A stretch of DNA of 38,273 nucleotides from Oopsacas minuta (lineage: Eukaryota; Animalia; Porifera): assembly GCA_024704765.1 (NCBI GenBank), contig JAKMXF010000325.1, positions 1 through 38,273 of the forward strand. The letters run 5' to 3'. The notes beneath the pieces are model-generated. The model made no database searches. It was not told the origin of the DNA and saw nothing but the letters and a program-made list of their open reading frames with translations. The position numbers and the translations under genes are program-made. Positions 22,155 to 33,900 of this stretch are shown in pieces; within the stretch, counting starts at the first letter, position 1; each line of letters opens with the position of its first letter.

Positions 22155-24621
22155 GGGGTTGCGCCGTTAGTCCATATTCGTATTTATGCATTAGTCCAAA
22201 CTTCATATGTTTGCGTTAGTCTAAATATCAAAATCGGTATTAGTCCAAATTTATGGTGATGTTTGCGTGAGTTGGACCTGGAGCAGGCTGTGAGTTGCTG
22301 AGAGTATTTAGATTCAAATTAACAAAGGCAACTGACTATATTTCCTCGCGACGAAATTTCCCCGTGAATTCATGCTTTCGATCACCAAAAATTTGGACTA
22401 ATACTGATGGGAGCGCTGCATTAGTTCGAATTTGGACAGTTGGCGTTAGTTCGACAGAAATTTAAGTTAGTTTGCGTTAGTTCGACAGTAATTTCAGTTA
22501 GTTGGCGTTAGTTCGACAGTAATTGCAGTTAGTTGGCGATAGCTGGAGAAAGATTTTGGCTTACCTTCGTTGTTTATAACAAAAGGTAGAATCTAGTTTA
22601 ATTGGAAAGAATTTAATGAGTTCTAAACGAATAGTTAAATATTTTATTAATGTATCAATAATGAAGCTAATTGGTAAATATTTCAAAGCTCCTTTCTATT
22701 GGAGATGAACAGAGAGACACGATTGTCCAAGTTCTTCGATTTGTTTGCAACATTCCATACAGCACTGCGCATGTTTGCAAGGTAGAAAGATCCAAGTGGA
22801 TGTTCGTGAGTTTAGACAAACAACACATTTCTGGTGATTGTTATCATCATCATCAATATGATCTGTTTCTGAATCTTCTGAACAGTCAGAGATTCTACTT
22901 CCCCTTGTGGATTGCGAATATTTCCAATGGTCTGACTTCCTGCATTTATATATTCTCACAGGGTATAGCATCAGGATTGAAATTTTTACTTACAACGACT
23001 ATGACAATCAACAGTTAGAATGTTTGTCTTTTTTCTCGGTCTTGTTATATCCTTACCCAGGGACAGCATCCAAATTCGTTATCTGTATCCATTATTATTT
23101 CATTAATATGGGTCATAAAACTCCATATTCTGGGGTGATTAGCCCTAATTCTATCCTTAAGCCTTGCGTGGTAAGATTCAGCTCCATTATTTGTCGTAAA
23201 TTTTGAGCCAAAAATTGATAATTCTTTTGGGTTGACATAGGTTATCCACCTCTTTTTGAAGTATTGTTTAGTTTCTCCAATTTCATTGCTTCTGTAGGTA
23301 TGATAGTCGCAGAAAATTGAAGTAGTGCGTAGGTTGGATGGATGAGACTAGCTGGAAGAAATGGAATGCTCATTAATTGACGTATATATCTTGCAACTTC
23401 AATATTATCTTTAAAATTCTCTGTAAGTCCCAGTTTCTGAGTTTTATGCTATATTCGCTGCATGAAATGAAACCAGCATCCAAACAGTTTTATATTAGGA
23501 AAGAGTTGTTTCAGAGCCTTACGAGGACCAGCTTCCCAATCGGACATGGATGTAGTGGGTTGAAGTTCGGGTAGAAGCTGATGTGTGTGAATTAGTATTG
23601 CTTTGTATAGTTCCTCATTCTTACCAGTCATTAGACAGTGTATGCCCGGTAAAGCATGTCGATCAACAGTCAGAAATATAGTCAAAAGCTGGTAAAAAAA
23701 GGACTGGAACTGTATAAAATGTTCTACCAAACTGGATGGTTATTTGAGGTAAAAATGTTCGGATATTATCTGAGAAAAATATAATAGCCGAGTGGTCATT
23801 GATAGGGCAGTACATCTATAAAACGTTCCATATGTTGAATTTGGCAACATATCAGAAAATTCTACAGGAGGTGTTGGAATCTTTGATTGCAATTCTCTCT
23901 TCGAATGATACATTGAGGATTCGCATTCTGTAAACAACACATGAAACGCTGCAGCATCTTCACGAGCTACGTCATCGGAAAATTTTCTAAGGTTATCCTG
24001 CGAGTTCCGTGCACGATTCTTACATTTTGATTTTAATTCATGACGTCAGACTGATATTCTATGATGCCATGATTAGGGTTTATAGGAGGAGTGATTAGAT
24101 TTGAGACTAGATTTAACTTCGCAGTAGCTTTACATCCATTTCTGAAAAGAACACATCTTAGATAAACATTATTTTCTCTTACTTTAGACTTGTAATATTT
24201 GTGACCATCTGGAGTTTGAAAAAGCCTTCCATTCTGGCGTCGATAATCTGCGAATTTGTATTCCATGGAGTTGTTTGATAATTATATTATTATGCATCAT
24301 TTATACTAGTCGACGAAACATTGTAGCTGGGCTAAGACCTCAAGGTATTGCGAAATGATATCCGATATAACCTTAAGAATACCTACAAATTTCAATGGAA
24401 TAATAATAGTATATAATTCACAGCTACGAGTAATGCCAACGAAAACCATAAAATTACTGTCGATATAACTGCAACTGTCTGAAATTACTGTCGACAAACA
24501 GCAACTGTCCAAATTCGAACTTATGCAGGCGCCCCATACCGATTTTGAAATTTGTACTAACGCAAAGATATGAAATTTGGACCAAGGCATACACACGAAT
24601 TTGGACTAATGCATGCGCCCC
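22155..24621 (-). mobile_element. Full-length Mutator-like (MULE) element, about 2.47 kb
   Basis: GGGG...CCCC termini; long imperfect TIRs with TTAGTCCAAA repeats and 31-bp subterminal repeats; flanks ACCGATAT / ATCGATAT (7/8, probable TSD). Confidence 0.8.
22696..24266 (-). pseudogene. FLYWCH-MULE transposase with C-terminal RING finger, frameshifted
   Basis: FLYWCH-like N-terminus (YLRCVLFRNGCKA); degraded DGTF..P..FYQL.TI; MSDWEAG; GCWFHF; TNNGAESYHARL; then CVVCLNSRTSTWIFLPCKHAQCCMECC (C3HC4 RING-like). Confidence 0.85.
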
Positions 24622-25929
24622 ATCGATATTTCATCAATATTTTTCCTTCACAATCCAATCGATACCGACAATTGAGAATTTGATCTATTTTCATGGATAC
24701 TTATCAATGTCATCAGAGAGGCGTTGTTAGCCCAAATTTTGACATGTTGCCATTATTCCAAACCCCAAAATTGGCATTAGTCCAAGTAAATTATTATGTT
24801 GTCGATAGTCCAAATATTTTGTCATGTCATCATTAGTCCTAAATAAGGTTACATGATTCGAAATTTATACTATATTATCTTGTCACTTCAAAATTGGTCC
24901 GACCGGACCTAATTTGGTCAGCTGGCAGATATTTTGGCGCCCTTTGTTTGTTGACGGGTCACGGGTGTATATTGAAACATTACTGCCAGAGGATATGGCA
25001 TTTTTATCGAATTAGCTAAAAACCTGACGTTACTTTGTCCTAATTGTCATTTATCTCCATTGTTTCGCTCGAGGATTTGAAATCTTGCTTGGATTCGTGT
25101 CCAGCGTTTTCCGCCCTCATTGGCGGACATTTTGGTCACCCCTTGGTTCCTGTTGGGTGTATTTTGCAGTGTTCCTGTCAGTGGAAATGGAATTGTTATC
25201 GACTTTGCTTAGAATCTGGCGTTACCTTACCGGCATCGCTTTACACCTTTTGGAGTTAATCATAAAATTTTGAAGAATTCACTTTTATTCTAATTGAATT
25301 TTCATATATATTTATCGATTTTTATCGATTTTTCATATAAGTCAATTTAATTATGATACCTTCAGAATGTATATGATTATGTAATTTATTTGGATACTCA
25401 AGTCAGGTAATTATTGCACCGGATCAGGAATTTATGGCTTTAAGATCCGGCCATATCCCGATCCAACTACAATTGTCAAGAATCGACCGTATCCGGATGA
25501 TTAATCTACATGTTGAATACTCTTTTCTGCCATATCCACAAAATGCTAAATCCAAATTTTAAGAATTTTTCTTTGAATTTCCTGAAATTCTAAGAAAATT
25601 TCTTAATATTTATTTGTATGCGTGAAAATTCAAAGTCAATTTCTTAGAATTTTTCTATGAATTCAAGCCATCTTTTGTAATTGAAGTAGAGCATTCACTT
25701 AGAATATATTTTTACAATTTATATTATTTTTCATTCTCGAGGATATCTCAACGTGGTAAGTATTAATGAAGACTAAAATCACATGATGATTACATGATGA
25801 TCTAGTAAATGACGAATGCGTAAAATGATTTCATAAGTTATATTTACCTATTCCATTGTCTGAATAAACATAAATATATACACCACCTGGTGCAAGCTTA
25901 TTTCTATCATCCTCCCAACCAAGATTAAT

Positions 25930-27150
25930 AATGACTAGCGCGCTTCGCTTGCTTTGTCGCTGCTGGACTGCTTAGTGCCTCAGGTTAGCTTAAGTATTAA
26001 ATGAGAAATTTCTTAGTGCATTTGGTCGCTACGCGACGCACTTAGTTTCTCAAGTGAGATCGACCGAGGTCCCGGCTAAAATTGTGCCCCCGGTCGATCC
26101 CTAGTCTCGAGTGCATAAAATAGCAGGATTTTACAATTTTATTTTCCATGGTCCATCCATATCACATATAATGGCTGTAACACTGGAGCTACTACGTGGC
26201 TTTTAGTCAGTAATCTCGGTATTCGTAACTCGGGTATTAAGAAATTCTAACAAATTTGAAATTTGGAACAATTGTATTTTGTACCGTCATGATGACATAA
26301 TAATTTGATGAGTTAACAGTTGGTCACAGTGGTGACGCATATTGAGGGATAACTGTGATAAATATTAAACTATCATTTTATTGGCTGAGTAGTGGCTAAT
26401 AATGTCATTTTTCGAAATTTCTGAAGTTCACAATTATCATAATTTCGTCATAGGTGTCAATTATCATCCAATACTCGAACTTTGTGGACTAGCGCGCTTC
26501 GATTGCTAGGTCGCTGCGCGACAGCTTAGGGCCTCAAGTTAGCTTAAGTATTAAACAGCTATATTTCTTGATACTTTAGGTCACTACGCGAGGGGAATTA
26601 CTCGGCACTATTTGCCACGGAGTTAATTTTTTGTTTTAATTTGAAATTATAATTATTATCCATGGTTCATCTGAATTCCATTTAATGGCCTTCTGTAGTA
26701 ATACTAGAGCTCTAGCGTGGCCTTAGGTAAGTAGTCTTTGCACTTCGTGTCTCGAATATTATGAAAATTCTCCAAATTTCGATATTTCTCAAAAATATCG
26801 CAGTTTGGAGATTTTAATGTTTTTGAATAGTCTTGATGACATAATAATCCCATGATGAGTTTGCACCTTTTGCCAAAATCATGGCATCAGGACATTTGTC
26901 ACATTGAGGGGTACCTGTGATTCAAATTTCAAAGTCTATCATGTATATTGGCTGAGCAGTGGTTAATAAATAATGTGATTTATCGAAAATCCAAAAGGTG
27001 ACAATGACATCATATTTTGTCATAGGTGTGAATTTTCGTCCAAGACTCGAACTTGTCCGAGCCAGGCCTAAAATTCGCCTGTATGTCAAACTCAGCCCTA
27101 GAGGTCCTCCAGTTTATTCAATCAATTCCGAACAGACAAATATATATCTA
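25930..27150 (+). repeat. Tandem pair (about 555-bp period) of the dispersed repeat also found at 13.3-13.7 kb
   Basis: ACTAGCGCGCTTCG...TTAGCTTAAGTATTAAA at about 25934 and 26489, each followed by the CCATGG block. Confidence 0.7.
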
Positions 27151-27160
27151 TGCATACAAA

Positions 27161-27408
27161 CAGGCAGCCCTCGCCGTTCGCTGTTTCGATTATTCGCGGT
27201 TTTATTACGAATTATGTCAATTTAGTAAAAAATTAATTATTATTGAATTATACATTCCGATTTTATTTAGTATAACTTATTGTTTGTCATTTTGTAATCT
27301 AGAAACGTCACCCCACTATTCTCATTAAACTAAGTCTTGTCATTCGCGATTTTGCCCATCGCCACAATTCTCAGGAACGTAACCCCCGCGAACGGCGAGG
27401 GCTGCCTG
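27161..27408. mobile_element. Tc1/pogo-type MITE upstream of UBR5
   Basis: Perfect 21-bp TIR CAGGCAGCCCTCGCCGTTCGC; TA on the right flank; a partial related copy at about 27540-27655. Confidence 0.8.
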
Positions 27409-27923
27409 TACCACAAAAATCACTAGATATCTAGGATTAGATAAAATGTCCAATGTAAGTAGCCTGTTTATCGAGAAAATTACAATTTTCACCTTAGTAA
27501 TACATACAAAATGTAATAATTGAAAATTTTCTACAAATAATGACATAACTCGGAACAAAACCCGCGAATAATCGAGGGAATACACCGTGAACGGTAAAAC
27601 GAGACACAAATTTTTTTCTGCGAATAATCGAAACAGCAAACGGCGAGTGCAGTTACCCAAGTTGTCCATATATATATTCACTATTGAATAATGAAAAATA
27701 CGAAATTGATTACCACAAAAGTGCAAAGTCTACAGATATGCTTGATAACCATAGTTATGTAATATTCTGTGATTTAATGGCAATTGTGCAACAAATTTGA
27801 ACTTTCATCAAGAAAACTCCTTTCTGTAAATATTGTATCAACATTGTCCGTTACTTTCCTTGGATTATGAAAGCCCAAATATTCATTAGATTTTTGAAAA
27901 TCTTTTTGTTTTACAGCTTTATT

Positions 27924-30900
27924 ATGTCCTCACTTGCTTGTATTACACAAGAAACAGGCCTTCTTAAGTCTGACCAACGATCTTCAACTCAGCTAATTTC
28001 CAAGCTAAACACCCTCTCCCTACGACTATCAGATTTAAAAAACATTACACAAACTACTCACTCATCTTCGCAAGAACTTCATCAAATCTTTTCCCCTCGT
28101 ACTCAAATAATTCAAATTGTTATTTCGTCTTCTCACATCGCCTTTCTCTTAAAAACGAATGAGGTTTGTCGTGTTAAATATCGTGTTTTACCTCTTCCAC
28201 CCCTTCAAAATAATTTTCCGATGCCACACCAGGAGTCTAGCTATGAAGAAGCTGTTAATTCAGAATTTCATTCTCAAAATGAGAACAACACACTACCAAA
28301 TACTAATCAACCATCTATTTTTTCGCGTTGCTCTACCTTACCCTCAGTTCATGAACAGGTTGAACGGCCTAGTTTAGTAGATCCAGAATTTATAGGGTCT
28401 AGTAGTTTAGGTAGGGGAAGGGGATTACAAGGCCTGAGGAATGGTACTCGGGCATTTAACATGCGAACACTTGGTCGTCATCCGGCATCCAACTTGCGAA
28501 GAAATTATCTTAATAATCCAGGCCGTACATTTCGAACCACTTCTGAGGTCCCTGAGGATCTAATAAATCAAGCACAAGCAGTATTACAATGCAAGAACAG
28601 ATCTCTGATTTCACGCGAGTTGCAAAGGACTGGCCTTGACGTTAACCAGGCAGTAAATAATCTTTTGAGTAGGGAAGACGATGGCGAAGAGGATGAATCT
28701 GTCTCTACAGTATTAGGTTCAGATGAGCTCCTGTATTTATTTGAATCAGGAGCTGGGACTTCTATGCCAATTGAATTACCATCACAAGATGGGGAGACCT
28801 TTTCGTTAGAATCATCAGTTCAATCTTTACGTAGAATGAGGGAAATGCCAGGACTCGAAGGATCTTCGGGTAGGGAAAGTAGACTTGGGTTTTCACGCCC
28901 TATTGGCAATGACACGCACTTAGATCGTCTATCAGACATTATTCTTAGTTATGCTTCAATTCCAGGCGTTAATCAAGGTTCTCAACAAATAGACTCTCCC
29001 AAAAATGATGTATCTAAAAGAGAATCAAAAGAAAGAGAACAGGACATACAGCTTCCATATTGCGCTTTTTCGAAAGAAGACATCAATTCTTCTAGCCTTT
29101 TATCCTCGAATGTTGATCTTTCACCGCGTATTGAGTTCTATCAGGGGCCACATTGGTGGGTTGATGGAGCACCAGACCACTCCTATTCTACTAATCCCCC
29201 TCTTAACTCTAATAAGTTCACATATATTGCCTCTACAGATACTGATCTTCTTGCCATTACTTTCTCTGGTCACTTGACCTATTGGCCTTGGGATCAGCCC
29301 AACGGAATATATTCCAACAAGGAACACACATTCCCATTTTCTCCAAATATCGATATAAAATCTACTGATCGTATTAGGCTTTTGGCAACTTCGCGGTTCC
29401 GTATCTCCGTACTTACTATGGGGAATTTTACTGCTAGTTTTTGGGATAGAACATTGAAATCTAAATTACCATCTTCTGGATCTTCGCTAGAGACACCACT
29501 CCACCAACTCCGCCTTCAGCCCAATCATACAGTGATATCACTGACTTGCTGTGACATATTTTCGGCTTGTATTAGTTCAAGTGGACAAATTTTTTGGTGG
29601 GGTAATTTGCCTTATTTAGACCGAAAGAGAGCAATAATGCGTATAAAAAATAAATTTACTTCTCAGCATAGAGTGGAGACGCCCCGTAATGGAGGGTCGT
29701 TTCGTTCAGATATTATCCGAGAAGGGTCTTTTGTATTTATTCGGGGGAGTCCATTCTACTCAATTGGAACACGAGCATTATACCTGCAAAAAGACGTTTT
29801 TGTTGGTACTCTTCAAGAAAATCTTTACTCTCTTAATGAAAAATGCCGTTTTAAACTATTCGTCCGATCTGGCTCCCAAGATCATAATTTTATACCTGAA
29901 GAATCTGTTAGCAAAATTCATATTGAGACGTCTAAAGCATCTTCAATGGAGCATTCATACACTGCTCCACCTTCTTTTCATACTTGGCATTGTAGAGACG
30001 TCATATTCTTAGAAGAACCTCATTTTCATTCTTCTCCTGGACAGGTAGTCAAAATTGATGGAGACTTTGCTATTGTATCTTTTCCAGAAAAAAGTGTTGA
30101 ATTGTCTAAAGAGTATCCATTGAACTTATCTTCTTCTCGTATTGTAAAAAAGGAAGATCTAATCCTCTTGCGACATGGCCATCATAATAGGGGCCCTATT
30201 TGTATTTCGCTTTTTCCAAAAAAGCTGAATTTTCGCCCTGACTGTACTCCGGTAACAATTACTGCAAATAATAAGGGCCTTTACATTCTATATCATCAAA
30301 ATAATATCCCAAAATTGGGTATTATTTCACTTGTCACCTCTCGAATTGAAAATCATCAATATTTTCCCAGTTCTATGTCGTCTTATTTAAACCAGAATCC
30401 TCTTATTCTTACTCTTGGTTCCTCAAATCATTTTCAATCTTATTTTTACATTCAAGATACTCATGGGAGCCTGCTTCCATTAATTAAGACCCAGTCAAAT
30501 ACTTTCAGAGATGTCCCTTTTATTCCACTACCTCCTGTGAGAGCATTTTGCTCTTATTATCATTCTGCTTATAGGATCTCATTGATTATTCTTGCCTGTG
30601 ATAACTATCTCCTTACACCTTGCATTGTATCTAATTCTCCTGAATTGCTTTCGAAAGAATTGAGAGTAGTCTTGGAGGATCAACAGCTATGTAAAGATGC
30701 TACTATGGAATATACAAATGGTAATCATAATATTTTGCACACAGCAATAGGTGTATACATCCTTAGATTGCGAAGTGGATTTGGGCAAATTTTGTATGAG
30801 CCGAGCTATAAATTATCTAATGATGAGACTTTGAAGACCAAATCTCTAAATATGCATCAAGAATTGTCTATATATTCCGAAGATAGCAATGGTCCTAGGA

Positions 30901-33900
30901 TATCTGTCAATTCTCGTCCTAAATCAATTTTTACAACAAAATCTCCTAACTACTCAATCGTTGACTCATTAGAATCTGGAAATCTTGCTGTAGATGATCG
31001 GCCTATTTCATTATTTCCGAAATCATCCCCTCAATCTAACGACCCTATCGAATTATTGATCAATAATTTCGAGTTAGATTTACCTAGGCTTCTTGTTGAG
31101 ATTAATTTAGATGGTTTTACCCCTTTTATGCAAGCAGTTCATGGTCGTGCATATGAAGTTGCTCTACGAATTTTAACTGCTATCTTTAAAGTATCTAAGA
31201 GTTCTCACCCTGGTTGTTTTGAGCAAGATATCCTCAGAATGATATTTCCGAATGATTCCTTCCTGGACGATAATCCATTGTTTGTGCTTTGTGCAAATGA
31301 TCCTTGTTCTGTAACCTGGACAGGAGAAAGTCACGAAACTTCGATTGATATTTATGAATGTCGTACCTGTGGGTTAGTCGGCGATTATTGCTGTTGCTCT
31401 GAGTGTTCTCGCGTCTGCCATAAAGGTCATGATTGCAAAAAAAAATTACAACCTATGAAAGCATTTTGTGATTGTAGTAAACTATGCAATTGTAAAGCTT
31501 TAATATCCGGGAATCAGATTATGCGGCTTCGTCTTCTCAAAGAATTGATTCAAATCGGAAAACTACAAACAATGATGAACTCTCATGGTGAATATATTCT
31601 TAATTTCCTCGCTAATACACATAGTAGGCAATTAAGAGAACAGACTCATAGGTCACCATCGTATATGTCCAAATCGAATTTACTTGCTGAAACTGAAGAA
31701 TCATTCTTGTTTTCCAAAAAAGCCTTAGAAATTTGTTTAAGTGATTGGAAAACGGTGTACGCACTGTTTGCAGCACCTGGTAATGTACCTTCAACTTCTA
31801 CCATTATAAATATAAACAATATACATAATTTAAATATACAATCAAAGGAATCAAACGCTTACTTAAATTCTCAACAATGTACATCACACATTGAGACGTT
31901 CTTGTATACCCTTCTGACGAGCAAAAGTTCAGATTTGATTAGACTTATATTATCTTCAATATGCCAAGCATATAACGATGGTGATTTAGATGCTAAACAA
32001 ATCGCACCTAAATTTTTGCGATCTGTAATTCGAATTTATTTGATTTCAACATATGAACAATGGGCACCCGATGCGATATTAACAAAGAAACGCAATCAAA
32101 TTATTCAACATAATGTACAAGTTGTTTTTAGGTCCATGAACAAGCTGGCTATAAAGGAGTTGTGGTTAATGGCCAGTTCCTTAGTTATACCCATTCAATT
32201 AGGCGTTGTTAAACCTTGCGATCCCATGTCAATTGACTGTCGTAAAAAGAATTTAGCAGATGAGTTCTTCAAATCTCGATTTTTACCAACCAATTCACTC
32301 CCGAGTGGTGACGATAGTGAGATTATTGACTCTGATTGTAGGTCATCATTTTCTGATTCTGGGGATAGTGGTTTCCTTATAAATGAGTCAGAATCAATAA
32401 CTACTCCAGAAGACGTGTCTGTCACTACACGGGCAACTATTGGTTCATCTCACATTGTCCCATATATATCCGGAGATTCTACTTCTGAATCTGAAGAAAT
32501 AATGCATGAAGAAGGTCTTGATTCTGCTCCAGAACTTGAGGAAGAGAATCATATCCATCCATTAATTAGTACAATCGAGTCTTTGACTCCACCTTTGCCT
32601 CCTATTTTAGGAAGATCAATTGCAACAGTTAAAAGTACTGACAACCCAGCGATTGATTTATCCTTTAACCACAACATGCTAAATTCTGTTGTGGATAATG
32701 TTAACCTTCAAAGTGATATTAATTCACATTCAATTTCTCCCTATACTTTAAATGTCGAAATGCCCACAACGAATCTAGACTCTCACTTTTCGGCTCTGAA
32801 CTCTGAACATGGCGATGCGTCACTGCGTATTAATCATTACTCTGACCTTTCCTGGCAACCAGCTTTTGAGCTGATTTCACACAGAACCAATTTATCTACT
32901 TCCCAGCACAAACGTAGACAAAACTTTGTAACATGCCCGCAAGACTCCTGTTACCCATCATATTCACATCAAGAGCAAGTTCAAGCAAGGTCTTTCCATT
33001 TTCTAATTGAACAGTTAATAGATGTATTACGTCATCAATCATTAACTCCTCTTTCTTCTATCACATTGGAACCTTCAGATATAACCACATGTTGCACGCA
33101 AATATGGTATGAAATGGAACCTTTACTTATTTGGTTAATACAGGTAATGGATCCTTTGGAATCACAACTTCGATTCGGATCTTCTCTTGATTCACCATAC
33201 TCAGCATTTCTTTCAATGAAACGTGGTAAAGAAAGACTTCATGCAAAATCTACATCTAATCAAGGAGGTGATATATCACAAAGCGCCAATATTCCATTCG
33301 ATAGCAATCTAACACATCCTACCTTCGAGCAGATTCCTTCAACTTCTACTAAACATTCCATTGGCATGGATAGTCTTGAATATTTACTGAGCCTAACTCG
33401 ATCAAGTTTCAATGAACATCGTGAATTTATACCTCCAATCAACCTAGCCTCAATGGAGCATATTGGACATGTTCTAGATGCTGTACTGTATTTTTTGTAT
33501 AATCAACCAGATAGAACAATTCATGGTACAAATTATGATCAAACACACTCAACAGTTTCTGTTAGGGATTTATATATCGAGCCTATGGTTGATAGTTTGG
33601 TATCGCCTAATATTTTACCAGTCTTAAACGTTGACAGCATATCTGATCAGCTGTTTCCTGTATCCTCCGATAAGACTCCTTCACCGAATTGTAATAATAT
33701 AGGAGAAAGTTTATCGTTTCAAAAAGTTGATAATGGATATTTCTTTAAGCGGTCATCTTGCATGGGATTCTTTGGATGTCCGACACCGAATTACTTGGCG
33801 CCAATAGAATCTATTCCTTGTGCTGAAATGCCACATATTCTCCAGCCACAAACAAGGAGAGAAATTTTATTTGGTGCACCTCAAGATCCTATCATTCCGG

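Noticed and set aside
22410-22550. Regular 31-bp repeats resembling a CRISPR array
   Set aside because: Units are contiguous with no unique spacers, lie inside a MULE terminal repeat, there are no cas genes, and the DNA is eukaryotic
25044-25273. GC-richer stretch with two short ORFs
   Set aside because: No recognisable motif in any frame; probably an unidentifiable transposon fragment
26325-26331. Lone CACAGTG heptamer
   Set aside because: No GWAATAGG block at 12 or 21 nt and no partner end
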